This document shows positions 13,850 to 28,229 of a stretch of 64,000 bases of DNA, one piece after another. A program made the position numbers and the translations under genes. A model generated the notes under the pieces. It had not been told where the DNA came from. It was given only the letters and a program-made list of their open reading frames with translations, and searched no databases. Source of the stretch: Octopus vulgaris (lineage: Eukaryota); NCBI GenBank assembly GCA_951406725.2, contig OX597817.1, forward strand, positions 109,988,001 to 110,052,000, in the 5' to 3' direction. The stretch's first letter is position 1. The number at the start of each line of letters is the position of its first letter.

Positions 13850-15141
13850 CGAGGAACGTTCAATAAGTAATGCCCCTGACCCACTTGCAATTGTTTGATC
13901 TAGCTGAAATTTTGCATGTGCAATTATTTATATCTCTATAGATTAAGTGGCAAATTACAGCTCTGAACTAATTGTGGTTTCTGATTTACAGGTGTTTGAA
14001 CTGAGTCGAGTGAGAAATGGAACCTGTTGAGTGTCGAGCAGTGATCTGGTTTTTGTATTTGAAAGGACGCACACCAAGGGAGACTTTTGATGAAATGAAA
14101 GTAACTTATGGTGATGATGCCCCATCATATGACCTTGTAAAATGCTAGCATCATGAATTCAAACATGGTCGGAACTCTGTAGAAACAGCTCCCAGATCTG
14201 GTCGCCCCACTTCTGCCATTGATGAGGCATCTGTCTGTCAAGATGAGGCTGCCATTTTGGAAGATCAACACATAACTATTCGCCAAATAGCCCATGAGGT
14301 CAAGATTAGTACTGGGTCTGTGGAAACTATCATTCATGACCATTTGCATATGCAAAAGGTGTCTGCCAGATGGATTCCCAGGTTGCTCACACCTTTCCAG
14401 AAGCAAGAACGCATTGAGTGCTCGAGGATGAATTTGGAGATGTGCCAAGAAGATGAGTCAAAATTTTTCAAAAGACTGATTACACAGGATGAAACCTGGG
14501 TCCATCACTATGATCCAGAGACCAAAGCCCAGTCAATGCAGTGGAAGCACCGTGACTCACCCCTCCAAAGAAGGCAAGGGTGCAGCCCTCCGCTGGCAAG
14601 GTCATTCTCACAGTCTTCTGGGACCAGGACGGAGTAGTGATGACAGATTTCTTGGCAAAGGGTACCACAATTGCAGGAGCCTATTATGCTTCACTTTTGA
14701 GGAAATTAAGAGAAGTTATCAAAATCAAGAGTCGGGGCAAGATCAGCAAAGGCATCCTCCTCCTGCAGGACAACGCTCCGGTCCACAACTCGTGTGTCGC
14801 CAGATCAGAAGCACAGGTGTGCGGCTATGAACTCCTCCCCCATTCCCCCTACTCTCCTGACCTTGCACCCTTTGATTTTCACCTCTTCCCAGCCATGAAG
14901 TTGTTTTTGAAAGGAAAGCGTTTCCCAGATGATGCAGCCTTGATTTCTGAAGTCACATCGTGGTTGGAGGACCAAGCTGGGGTCTTCTACAAAAACGGTC
15001 TCCAGAGCCGCATCAAACGATGGGAGAAATGCGTAACTCTGGGTGGTTCCTATGTAGAAAAAGACTAATAACTGTGCCAAGTGTCGTTGCTCTACTGCTA
15101 TGGGAAGTGGGTCAGGAGCATTACTTATTGAACGCCCCTCG
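13850..15141 (+). mobile_element. Full-length mariner transposon (irritans-like), 1292 bp
   Basis: 37-bp TIRs CGAGGAACGTTCAATAAGTAATGCCCCTGACCCACTT (13850-13886) and reverse complement at 15105-15141 (3 mismatches), TA on both sides. Confidence 0.95.
14017..15068 (+). pseudogene. Mariner DD34D transposase, disabled by one stop and one frameshift
   Basis: ATG at 14017 (MEPVECRAVIWFLYLKG...RSGRP), WIPRLL, DETW, QDNAPVH, YSPDLAPFD with 34 residues between 2nd and 3rd D; TAG at 14146-14148; frameshift near 14560-14575. Confidence 0.92.
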
Positions 15142-18094
15142 TAAACATACAAAATAGATTTTAAATGTGGATACAAAATACTTGAACATTTGGGGTGGGT
15201 GGATAGTTTTTTTTTATATAAAATAAACATGTTTGTTTACCTAAAAGTAAATTCTTTATAAACCTTGCAGAAAATACGAATTAGAAAGAAATAGCTGCTG
15301 TTGATTATATACCTATAGTCATAGGTATTCCAACCTTGTTCATCTCACCTATTTTACAAGTATAAAGGTGGGATTCAGAAGAAATTTGACTGCTATTTCA
15401 TAGCAGCAGAGTCATCACATGGAGGTTTCCTTAGTGGCTCAGAAAAGAAATAGTATAGCAGTGAGTTGAATGCAGACATCTGATTGAAAATAGAAAATGT
15501 TACAATTATTAACCATTAAAGGCGGTGCTCCAGCATGGCCGCAGTCAAATGACTGAAACAAGTAAAAGAGTAAAAGAGAGTATTAAGAGGGTGGTGAATT
15601 GGCAGGACAGCACTATTGGAGCATTGGACAAAATTCTTTGAAGTATTTATCCCAGCTCTTTTAAATCGTGAAATCAATCACTGCTAAGCTCACTTCACTT
15701 ATCATCTTTCTGGGATTGATAAAATACAGTACCAGTGTACCAGTCAGGTACTGGGGCTATACTGGGGCTAATATAACTGGCTAACTTCCTCCCCTCACAA
15801 TTGTTGGCTTTATGTTCCCAATTAGAAACAGTTAACAACCATTATTTAAGGTGTTGCACTCACGATTGCAAGATTATGCTATCGATTCCCATACTGGGTG
15901 ATGCATTGTACTCTTGAGCAAAACACTTCATCTGATGTTACTCCAGTTCACTCAGCTGTAAATGGGAAACCCTGCAATGGACTGATGTCATATTAAGAGG
16001 AAAAGTTGTGGTCTCAATCACTTATATGCCATGGAAACCAGGTAATCGGCACTAGGGCTCAAAACAGTACTTGCTACTAATAACCATTATATATTGATTA
16101 AGTCAGATATGATAGGTTTTATTCTTGAAAAATAAAGATTTAATAAGGAAAGAGATACATTGAACCTTTCCTTGTGTTCCTTTCTATATTATGTGTCAGG
16201 ATCAGGAATTCATGAGTTTGAAATCCTAAAATGATATGGTTAACATTGAGAAATCTAATGAAATAGCTACCAATCTGTTATAAAGAATCTACTGGATTTG
16301 ATGTGCTGGATGTGGTCCACTTTTGAATCATCATCATCATCATTTAACATCCATTTTTCCATGCTGACTTGAGTTACACAGTTTGACTGGAACTGGTAAG
16401 GCAGAGAGCTGTACCAGGCTCGTCTGGTTTGGCTTGGTTTCAATGGGTGGATGCCCCTCCTAACTCCAAACACTCCAAGACTATAGTGGGTGCCTTTGAT
16501 GTCTCAACGATATAGGTGCCTTTTACATGTCCTTAACACTGACCACTAGCCACATATGATTTCATATGTTTGAATAATTACATCAACAGAAAACATTTAG
16601 ATAGGTGACTTTTCTGTCCTTATATTTTAATGATTTAGTCAAATAAGTAAGAGAAACACTCAAAATCCCTTTCAGGGCTTTTGAAACTGGTGGAAGAATT
16701 CATCTTCAGACAGGAATTCAGATTGAATACATTCCTGCCAATCTTGGCAGTGAATTGACAGTCATTATATGAGTAACAAACAGAATGCTTTGCAATATTT
16801 GTTCCAACTCTGTGTTCTGAGTTCAAATCCACCAAAGTCAACTTTACTTTTTATCCTTTTGGGGGTTAAAATAAAACAATACCAATCCAAAACTGAGGAT
16901 TGAGGAAATTGTAAGATTGTTGGACCAGATATCTTGTAGTATTTGTTCTAGTTCTTTGAGTTTTGAGTGGAAATCCTACCATGACATATTTTGGTGGTAG
17001 ACTGAACCCAGCACCTGGTTTGACCTGACCAGCTGGCACCTTAGGTGCCTTTAGCAGAGTCTTCTCTGTAGCAAGAATTTGAACCAAAATTCTAGTTTGA
17101 GGATACCTTCCTCTCACCAGCATCTATAAAGTTTGATAGGCATCACCTTTCCTGCTTCATTAAAAGATAAAAAAAAATACCACCCTAAATTGGTACTTTA
17201 TTCTATTGACCCAGGAAAGATGAGAGGTAAAGCTGACATTGGCAAGATTTGAACTTGAAGTGCAAAAAGCAAACACAAATACTGAAAGGCTTTCTGTCCT
17301 GACACTTGATGACCCTACCAATTTGCTGTGTTGCTGGAGAGATTTATCTGGGACAATAAAATACAAAACTAAATAAATTACAATGTTTACTTTTACAACT
17401 ATTGTCTCTAAGTTCATATTCTAAGAGAGTCAACTTTGTCATTTTTAGCCCCAAATCAGTACTGATGAAACAGATCTATGAGTCAAAGGCATTCCAGCCA
17501 TGACCATCCTCTTTATTTTTTTTTGTATTTTTGTATACCTACATTGACATTGTTCAGTGAGTTCTTTCTTTTTTTATTAATGATACAATGTAATTTGAGG
17601 GAATCTAGCTGCTATTTCTAACAGTCTCCCTAGAGAAACTCCCATTGGCTAAATTTTGGTTTTCATCCTTCTGGTGTTTAAGTAAAATAGCAGCAATATA
17701 TACAAGTTCAGCAAAAAATTTTAAGTATAATATAGTATCAATAGAAATATATCTTGGCAGAATAAACTAAGCATCTTCTTAACATACATTGTTGTACAAA
17801 TCATAATTGAGTTTCCACATGGATTCAAAATCTATTTTCATATGAATTCTCAAGTGTAAATGTTCATATCTGTAAAATAATGATTCTTTCTACAACTTAC
17901 ACAATATCTTATAACTTTATTAATCAGAAAATATTTAGTACAGTCTTTAGAGAGGTTGAAGTGAACGAACAGTAGCAGAAAATAACTGAACTGATTTCTG
18001 ACAATATATGTCTAATAAAATACAGTATCTACCACCCTTTACAGCAGAGAGAGGGGGAAAAAGGTATCCCTAAACTGGAAGCTGCACTAAAATG

Positions 18095-18300
18095 TTTGCT
18101 ACAGACATGTGATTAGAATGTTGTAAGAAAGAGTCATAAGACAGATTCTTCAAACCAAGCCAATTGGCAGGAGACCTAGGGATAGACCAAGAATGAGATG
18201 GTTCTATAATATCTATAGTTTCAGTTGGTCATGTTTAGGAATACAGCCAGAAACTGTGATGAAAGTTGCTCCTGACAGAGCCCTATTGTGCCCAAGGACT
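18095..18300 (+). mobile_element. RTE-like LINE 3' fragment
   Basis: CYRHVIRML*ERVIRQILQTKPIGRRPRDRPRMRWFYNI; same family as 6735-7080. Confidence 0.65.
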
Positions 18301-18312
18301 CTGCTCCCATGG

Positions 18313-18550
18313 TGGAGGCACATGGTTTAGTGGTTAGGCTGTTGAACACATGAATGCTAGATTGTGGTTTCAATTCTTGGAATGGACAACAGGTTGTGTT
18401 CTTAAGCAAAACATGTTGCTCTAGTCCACTCAGCTGGCAAAAATGAGTAATCCTGGCATCCTGTCCAGGTGTGGAATATATATGCCATGAAACCAGAAAA
18501 CCAGCTCTTATGAGTCAGTATGACTTGAGAAGGTACCGTTACCTTTACTC
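18313..18550 (+). mobile_element. SINE family C
   Basis: ggaggcacatggtttagtggttagg...ggtttcaattc...gtgttcttaagcaaaac...ccactcagctggcaaaaatgagt. Confidence 0.75.
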
Positions 18551-18680
18551 CATGATCTTTCCAGGAATAATGGGCTGAGAAGATGGATGGCTAAAATCTG
18601 GTGTTTGGGACATAACTTTATAAAGATATTCGTATGTTAAATTATGATGGAAGAATTTAGCTTAATTAAAAAAAAGAAAC

Positions 18681-18990
18681 TGTCACTCTGTCAGTTACAA
18701 TGATGAGAGTTCTAGTTTGATCTAATCAACAGAACAGCCTACTCATGAAATTAACATGCAAGTAGCTGAACATTCCACAGACAGACACACCCTTAACATA
18801 ATTCTCAGGGGGATTCAGCATGACACAGAATGTGAATAGGCTGGCCTTTAAATTACTGGTACAACTCATTTTTTCAGCTGAATGGCCTGGAGTAATGTGA
18901 AATAAAGTGTTTTGCACAAGAACACAACACACCGCTAGGAATTGAACTTATAACATAATGATTGTCAGCCAAATACCCAAAGCACTACAC
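18681..18990 (-). mobile_element. SINE family C variant (long 3' body)
   Basis: Reverse complement aligns by eye with 39539-39857 (cactctgtgtcatgctgaatc...ttaagggt...gttaatttcatgag...ctgttccgttgat-like). Confidence 0.7.
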
Positions 18991-18995
18991 TTAAA

Positions 18996-19215
18996 CCCTT
19001 TCGTTACCGTATTTATTTTGAGATGCTCTGTGTTTCATTCAATTAATTTTAAATATAACAAAGACTTTAATAAAATAACTTAGTTATCATTAAGCTAGTG
19101 TTGGGAACATAAATTGTGACTAAGGTCTAGTGGAAGATTTTAATTCAATACATTAATTCAAGACATTTGTACTACAGAGCCAGATGCGGTTTTGGCCGGG
19201 TTGGTATCAAAAGGG
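18996..19215. mobile_element. piggyBac-type MITE
   Basis: TIRs CCCTTTCGTTACC / GGTATCAAAAGGG flanked by TTAA(A) and TTAA; degraded relative at about 63217-63445. Confidence 0.8.
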
Positions 19216-20430
19216 TTAAAATAGATAGATTTGTATTTTACAGTTAAACCAGTGACAGTATCAGATAGGCTTATCTTTCTATATTAATATTCACAAGGAA
19301 GCAAAATTTTTGTGGACTATATGTGTAGCTAAACAACAGGCTTTACTCTCATTAATGATATGTAACATAACTTATAAAAATGAATATTGAAAAATTTTCT
19401 TTTCTGATATGAGGTTAACATTCATTTAGAATGAAGATCAAAAGGTGAGCACTTTTACATTCTTTTATCAAACTATTGGGTGACATAAGCATGGCAAATT
19501 GACATCAGTTTCTTTTAACTATGAAATGTTGGAGTAATATTGTAAATAATTACATGAGAAATGCTCTGTCATTGGATTATCAAAAGACAAATACAAGAAA
19601 AGAGGGATAGTTAGAGCAATTTGATAAGGTTAACTCTATCAACAAAATTGAAGGTTTCAAACCAATAATAAAATACGCATATATGTCATATATACACGAA
19701 TACACACACACACACATAAATCAAAAAGATTTTAATAGACTACATGATGTACACTAAAAATTTTTCCCACCATTATAAATGTTTTTTTAGAAATTAATTT
19801 GTATTCTTTTTAAAATTTCTTTTCTGTGTAAGCTGCTAATTACTTACAACTAACTATCTGTTTGTTTCTACAACAACAAAAAAAGGACAAATTGCTCTCA
19901 AATCATACACGAATGTCTTTTAAAATTGGAAAAGATGCAATGGATAATGTTACCTTAGACTCCCCTTAATAGATAGGATAATCATGGCTGCAATGCCTCT
20001 GATCACAAATCTACATAACCTGCATGCATGCTAACATACACACGTACATATGCACATACATACATACATAAACACACATACATGCATGCATTGATTGTTC
20101 TCTTAAAGCAGTTCAGATGTGGCTGCTAGGACCTACCTACACTCTTTTACAGGTGTTTAGAGAGATACCACCCACCTATCACATGCCTTCATTTCATCAT
20201 GAAACTTTTCATTGAGTGTTATACCCTTTTTATTTATGATCAGTTATTGTATGCAATACATAATAGGAATATTGGTAACTAGTTTAGGCACTATGCCAGC
20301 AATTTTAGGGGAGTTGGTAAGTGGATACATTGACTCCAGTGCTCAGCCAGTATTTATTTCATCAACCCCCAGAATCTGAACTCAGAACATAAAGACAAAC
20401 AAAATGCTGTGAAGCATTTTCTTCAGCATA

Positions 20431-20838
20431 CTCTTTTACTCTTTTACTTGTTTCAGTCATGTGACTGTGGCCATGCTGGATCACCGCCTTTAGTCGATCA
20501 AATCAACCCCAGGACTTATTCTTTGTAAGCCTAGTACTTATTTTATCGGTCTCTTTTTGCCGAACCGCTAAGTTACAAGGACATAAACACACCAGCATCG
20601 GTTGTCAAGCGATGTTGGGGGGACAAACACAGACACACAAACATGCACATACACACATATATATATACATATATACGACGGGCTTCTTTCAATTTCCCTC
20701 TACCAAATCCACTCACAAGGCTTTGGTCGGCCCGAGGCTATAGTAGAAGACACTTGCCCAAGGTGCCACGCAGTGGGACTGAACCCGGAACCATGTGGTT
20801 GGTAAGCAAGCTAATTACCATACAGCCACTCCTACACC
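20431..20838 (-). mobile_element. SINE family A, near full-length, low divergence
   Basis: Reverse complement of family A including (CTCTTTTA)n tail, central microsatellite and tRNA-like head; many CpGs retained. Confidence 0.9.
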
Positions 20839-20975
20839 TAACAATTCTACCAGCTTGTCACCTGAATGCATAATAGAAATATTAAAAACCAATTGATGTC
20901 TGTGCCTGAAGCTTTTTAAAGCGAGAAAAGGCTTTGCACAAGGCCAATCGTATTCTCTTAACAACTTATACATTT

Positions 20976-21150
20976 CAGTTCTATATTTAAGAGATGCGGA
21001 ATTACGTACATAATTTATTTACATTATTTACATTCGATGGATATTTGTCCTCATCTTGTTTGTTGTTAACACAAGGTTTCAGCTGATATACTCTCCAGCC
21101 TTCTTCGGGTATCTTGGGGAAATTTCGAACCTGGGTTTTCATTCCTAAGG
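20976..21150 (-). mobile_element. 3' part of the hammerhead-carrying SINE family (see 43831-44221)
   Basis: Reverse complement ...aaatttccccaagatac-CCGAAGA-a-ggctgg-agagtata-tcagct-GAAA-ccttgtgttaacaacaaacaagatgagg matches 44095-44221. Confidence 0.75.
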
Positions 21151-24100
21151 ATCTAGGTTAGAAACTGGCTCTTTCTCTATTGGCAAAAAATCATGAAATA
21201 AAATTAAATAATTATACACACACACACACACGCATACATACATGTAGACAATCTTCTCAAAATGAATAAGTTTATTAAAAGCTTATTTAAAATGAATATA
21301 ATTTTTATATTATTATCCATTGGCTTTCACCTGCAATGGAATGAATGACATTTTAAAATGCCAACTACTTACATAGTCTCAAAGAAAAAGAAGTATAAGG
21401 AGAATTACTTTGTCATTTCTTTAAGCGATAGCAGAATGTTTCAAAGTCAAGATAAATGGTTTGTATTTTATGATCACTTTCTAGAATGATTTGCTAATGG
21501 AATCTGAAAGACCAACTGGAGAGGAATTAAGAAAAAAACACAGTTTTTGCCGCTGTTTTCTTTTAAATGCCAACTAAGCAAAAACAACAACAAAAAAAAA
21601 AAAAAACTATAACAAACTAAAGAATTTTATGAAAGATATTCCACATTTCTAAGAGCAGTAAGTTTATAAAAACAGTTGAGGGCCAAATTAAATATCTTAT
21701 AATATCTAATATCATCCTGGCACTTTTTTACTGAGTTAATATCCTGTTGCGATTAGAGTTTGCCTACCCCCCCCACACACACACACACAGAACCAATAAA
21801 ATATCTAGCACAGGCATCAACAGTTAGAGACATTTTCCTTCACTAAGGGAAATTCCCACCATGAATACAAATGTAATTTCCCACCATAAATGTTACATGC
21901 ATACAAATATAACAATGTTATCATCATCATCATCATCATCATCATCAACCTCCTCATCACGATCCTCATCAACATCATCATCATCAGTATCATCCTCATC
22001 ATCATCATCATCGACCATCAGTAGAGTCGGCAAGAAAATTTCTACAAAGTTTCTCAACCTACTAGAAATAACAGCCAAATCCTTTCAAATGATATTTATA
22101 TTCTGCCAGTTTAAAAAAAAATGGAAGGACACATAGGACAATGTTGTCAAAGTTGAGCAAATTTTACACATGTACAGAGACACACACGCACACACACACA
22201 CAAACTAGGATAGAAGATACCTGGTCAGTTGTCATGGTGTGATATGAAACCTTAACCTTATTATTCAGAGATATTTAACTATGCTCATGCCAATGATTGT
22301 ACTAGAGCTGAATAAAAAGTGGCTAAGTTAAAATCTCATTCTTTTAATTGTCTGACTGACATGTTGTCTTTGCAAATAATAAAGCCAAAACCATTCCTTT
22401 TCAAATAGATACCAGTTTGCTAAAACAAGAATGAGCACGAAGATCATATGCTATGAGTAGTGTCTTTGTGAATGCTCTTTGTCCTGTTTGTACAACCAAA
22501 CATATGTGTGAGCATGTGTCATTATTATTATTATCATCATCACCATGATTACCATCATTTTACATCTGCTTTTCCATGCTGGCATTGGTTAAACATGTCC
22601 CGCAACATCTCATCACTGGTCTTAGTCCTTCATCATATGTACAGTGGTAAGCTGCCAACATTTTAACAATCAATTTGCTCTGCTGCCAAACTTCTATCAA
22701 CTCATTCACTAAGTGACCAACATTTTTAGCACAAGTTTTATATATATAAAAAAAAAAAGAAAATTAGAAATTAAGCCATAAAATATTGCTTCATTAAAAT
22801 ATTACTTACTTTGTGTAACCTGAAAAAAAGGTAGGGTAAAATCTAGAATCCAGGGAGAGTGGTGATGGTTTGAGTTCAGAAAAACTAATCAAAATAAAGT
22901 TTGGCAAGATATGTGGAGGATTGTAGAATATGTTTCCTTGCTTTGGCCCTTTGTCTGAGGGTCAGTAAAACTGAAATTGAAGGATGGTTTGGAGAGGTGT
23001 GGGATTGTAAGGAAAGAAGGGTGATATGAGAAGATGAAAAGTAAGGGTAGCAAGCTAACAAAGAAGGGCCAGATGCTGGACAGGAAGATAGTTGAATACA
23101 TCCCTCTAACAACTAGAAAAGTGACACAATTAAGGTGAGTTTAAAGTATTGTGTGAGAGGGGAAGGAAAAAAGGGCAACTGTATTGGCACAGCTGCAAAA
23201 CATCAGAAGAGCAACTGGGAGCATATATGCAGATGCACAATTACACCAACATAAAATTACATACACATTACATGCATCCATCCAGATATATGTGTATGTG
23301 TGTATGTATTTGATTAATGAGAGACACAGAAGATGGAAGATACGTGCATATTTATTGATCCCTACAATTGGTTTAGGAGTATCCATTGGTGTAGATGTGT
23401 CTCTTCAGGTGATTACAATATGCATCTCATTAAAATAATGACTGTTCCACAAGATATCTTCTCAGTTTCTGTATAGAAAAGCAGCAAATTAAGGAATACA
23501 GCTTCATCTTTACAGAAGATCAATAGTAAATAACAGATTCAAAAAGAAACGAATACACAATACAGCAAAAAAAATGTATTAAATATTACCATTAACGGAT
23601 ATGGATATATAAATGTCCTCGCTTAGGTTGTATGGCACATGTACATGACTTGTACAAATATCCACAAAGATATAAGCATATGCACACACATGGTTTGGTG
23701 TATATACGTTCAGACAGTGAATTAAATAGCTACTTAGTGTTTATAAGAATGGGAAGGTTAGCGTTAAATTTAATTCATCCATACCTTAAGGTAAATTACG
23801 ATTATTAATTTGGTTAATGGTTACTCAAATTCATTCCCAATGCATTTATAAGCATGTAAGTATCTTGAGAGTGTTTCAGAAATTCAATTAATGATCTTCT
23901 CATTGGTCCACAAAATAGACAGGGATTCTCTCTTTGGCATCTAACAAAATATTAACAACCATTTCTAGCAAACCAGTAAGAGCCAGGTCCAACTAACATA
24001 TGAGTGCATGCACACATGTGTATTGATGTGTGTGTGTGTGTGTACGTGTGTGTGTGTGTATCTATATATACATATACATATACATGTTGACACTAATGTA

Positions 24101-24415
24101 TATTTCCTTTCAATTGTCATGGCATATAAACTTTAAGTAGAAAAATTCATTTAGAAACATTACGTATAATTTTCACTTCAAATCATGAAAAAGCCATCCG
24201 AATATCACCACAGAGGATGTGAGGAATCCTTTGACTCAGTGGCATGTTTGACATTATAATTTCTGCAAATGAATCCCTCTTTGGCATCTAACAAAACGGT
24301 AACAAACATTTCATGCAAACCAGTAAGACCCAGGTTCAGGTAACGTGTGAGTACACATGCATGCATGCGTGTGCGTGTGTGGCATGTATGTATTTGTACA
24401 TGTGTGCAAATATAT

Positions 24416-24446
<31 letters not shown>

Positions 24447-25307
24447 AATAAAGTACAAAAAGGGATTCAGAGAATAAATCAGAACTCACAGTAAGCACTT
24501 CTACAAAGAATCAGCTATCAGTTCACATTATAATTAAATTATGATTTAATTTAACTTTTCTATGCAGCCAAAACTCCAGAATATACAAGAAGTAAATATT
24601 TCCAAAGGAGTAAATATTGAGAGAGCCGAATCCTAAATGTATCCATGATGTTCTGGTATATATGATCAGAAGAGTTAAATTTCTCTCTTGTTTAAGTCAG
24701 AACAGCTGTTGGTGTTAATGATTATGCAAATTGGTTGATATATATGCATGTATATGTACATGTGTATGTGTATGCATTAAGATAAACTTGCACTCATGAA
24801 TATGCATATCACAACAGAACACTAGTGTGTATGCTTCATTATTGATTGTGTCTGTGTTTATATGTATTCCATATGTATATGTGATAGCATGCATATGTTC
24901 ACCCAGGAGCCTCAAATGGAGAACCCCTAACTGCTTTACAAATTTTTGATGTATCTCTAACAGATTGTACCTGGAGAATGTGAATCAGTCTGTTCTGTTC
25001 TTATTTAGGGGACTCAAGCATTTTTAGGTTTCTATACAAAACTTTGTTGTGTAGCACAGTGCACCTATGATGATAGGAACAAATGAAAATCTATAGCCTG
25101 GATATAAGAACTGTGGGTTTCTTATCAGTTCTGTAAAGATGTTCTCCATTTCCTATATTTGCTGGGCATCTGACCTCTACAATGGTGCACAACTTCAATG
25201 TTTGCTTCATGTCCCATAGCACAATTTCTGATATATTGTGATTACACTGGGTTGTTTTTGTTGCCATGCTCCACAGAATTCTTTATTGTGCCTTTGGTTT
25301 GTTTGTT

Positions 25308-25341
<34 letters not shown>

Positions 25342-26568
25342 CTGCTCAGTGTAGTGAATGGGGGAAATTTTGTCTGCAGCATCTGTGAATGTGTATGATT
25401 ATCAAGAGTTGAGCCCATTAGTTGCCAGCAAAGCCACAAGTGTAAAGTAAAATTCTGTCTGAATGCACAATGCTTTTATTGGCCAGTGATGGTCTTCCTC
25501 AGTCACAAGTAGATAGCTATCATTATGTATATATATATGAGTGTAAGTGTGTGTATATGCATGTATCATCATCATCATTTTACGTGTGGTTTCTATGCGG
25601 CATGAGTTGAACAGGTTAACAGACCAAGTCTTTGCTCATTAAAAATTACTACTCTAAGTGACTGGTACTTGTCCATGTCATTTTTAGTATGTCTATATAA
25701 GTGTGTGTGTATGTGTATATATGTGAATGTATGTCAAAAAGTATGCTAGTGTAGTATTAATATGTGATTTTGGAAAATAATTTAATAGTCAAAGTGATGA
25801 GTAGTTTTTTAAAAATTATCAGACACAAAAAAATTAATTATATATTTCAATCATTTTTTGCTTCTTTTTTTTTTTTTTTACCATTTTCTCATTTGAGTTT
25901 CAACTCTTTTAGTTGTATGGATTGCCTTCTTTCTCTACATCAAAGATTTCAAAGAGAAAGTAGTATGGGGAAGAGATCCTTTATTAAAATGCCACTAGAC
26001 AAGATTGAATTCTTTTTCTCCCCCATTTTCAAGACAGCAGAATTACTTCATTCATTCATTTATTCCCTCCCACTGCTACCACCTACCACTTTAACCGATT
26101 CTCCAGAAATACTGGAGAAGAAAGAGCAGTCATATAATTTTTTTTTAGGTTTGAAAGTTCCTCCTTTATTTTTACTTGTTTATATTTTTGATTTAATAAC
26201 TTTGTTTTTTTTTTGTTTTTTTTCCCAAAATTTTATTTTAATGTTTTTTTCCTTCAGAGTAATTAGTTGCTTTTTGATGATTCTTTATATTTTAAGAGCT
26301 TTTATATATATTTTTGTTTCCTGAAAAGTGACAAAAACTGTCAAAATTAGAGATTACATGATATTACCGAAACCATTTTGAATTCGAATCTTATCTTTTG
26401 TTTTTTCGTTTTTATTTTCCAAACTACTTTTCACTACTATTTTAACAGAAAATAAAAATAACAAAGGAAATCTCTGTACAGCATACATGTATTCTAACAG
26501 ACACACACATACATACACATACATGCATACACATATAAGTGGAAGTGTACACAAATACTAATTTACAT

Positions 26569-26605
<37 letters not shown>

Positions 26606-26707
26606 AGTTTCACACAACTTGTTTTACAATCTCTCACATATATACAACCAAATATATATACACAAATTCATACATACAGACAGGCATATATATGTATATG
26701 TGTGCGA

Positions 26708-26742
<35 letters not shown>

Positions 26743-27389
26743 TATTTATTCACAACTGTCATGTTATATATACAAATATTACTGGCACATACAAAAGCAC
26801 AGACATATTCTCACACTATCACACATACGCATCTACATGCATTCACACTACATACATGTATGTATGTGCAGATGCATAATATTTGTAACATGCACATTTA
26901 TACACATATTTCTTAGTGCATGCATACTCAGATACATGCACATAAAACACCTGATCTAGAACCACACTGCATTTTGCTAGCTTCTATCAGTTATTAATCT
27001 GTTGCGCGAGTAGTAAGCATCAATACCTAGCACTGTGCAGGCATTTGCTTTTGTGTGTTATCCTTCAGCAATCATCAACTACCATGTATCACCAACACGA
27101 AACATCAGAAACTATAGACACATGCACACACATTTATAGGTACATACACATACACAAATAAAAATTTAAAGAAATAAAGAAAACAAATGCTTTTGATATT
27201 AACCACTTCCCGCACAACCACCACCAACCACAAAACTACTCACAACTACAGCCTCTTCCACCACCATCATCACATCTTAATAACTCTTCAGGTTTTGTGT
27301 AGCATTTTCTTGTTACCTCCATCATATAAATTCCCCCTACAGATTTTGATGTTTGGTGTGCATTAATTAATTTATTGTATGTATGTATG

Positions 27390-27420
<31 letters not shown>

Positions 27421-28000
27421 TTTCCCCTCTTTGTAGATTTTTTTTGTACACACACGCATATAATTAAAACTTATAAAATCTACAAAGAGGGAAATTATAT
27501 GCATGCATACATACATGCATGCATACATCATTTGAATACATATGCGCATGTCTAGACAGGTAACTAGATGCATGAGGATACATTCATAAAACAAAACATA
27601 CAAATTTGCACATGCACTGACTCCAAATACAGCACATATATACACATCCCCTGCTGATGTTGAATTTCCAGCGAAGGGGCATTGGACCTGGGTTAGAACC
27701 GGCTCTTTCTCTATTGGCAAGAAATCTTGAAATAAAATTGAATAACAACATACATATATCTAGAATTGTTTCTCCTGATACTAGGAATTATCAGTCACCA
27801 AATTTGTCATTTTACCATTCTCTTAAATATACTTTCATATTTCTACCATGCTCTTGTATCATTACTTCACATGCTTCATCCTATATTAATCTTGTATACC
27901 CTGCAATTTTGACAATGATGACAATGATGGTGTTAGTGGCAGAGGGAAAACAGTATGGATCATCATATGAAATACTGTGTGCAGAAAATGCAGGTGTGCA

Positions 28001-28229
28001 GTGAGCTGGAGAATTGTTAGCATGCTGGGCAAAATGCTTAGTGGTATTTCGTCTGCCAATACGTTCTGAGTTCAAATTCCGCTGAGGTCGACTTTGCCTT
28101 TCATCCTTTCGGGGTCGATTAAATAAGTACCAGTTACACACTGGAGTCGATATAATCGATTTAATCCATTTGTCTGTCCTTGTTTGTCCCCTCTGTGTGT
28201 AGCCCCTTGTGGGCAGTAAAGAGATAAGA
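28001..28229 (+). mobile_element. SINE family B, well preserved copy
   Basis: gtgagctggagaattgttagcatgctgggcaaaatgcttag...gttctgagttcaaattccgctgaggtcgactttgcctttcatcctttcggggtcgat... Confidence 0.85.

Noticed and set aside
25764-26324. 186-aa hydrophobic plus-strand ORF
   Set aside because: F/I/L richness comes from T-rich low-complexity sequence; no ATG start and no recognisable domain.
27526-27757. Repeat shared with 21149-21215, containing ctgatgttga...agaaccggctc
   Set aside because: A dispersed repeat 3' segment, but hammerhead core spacing and stems cannot be built; family not assignable from this window.
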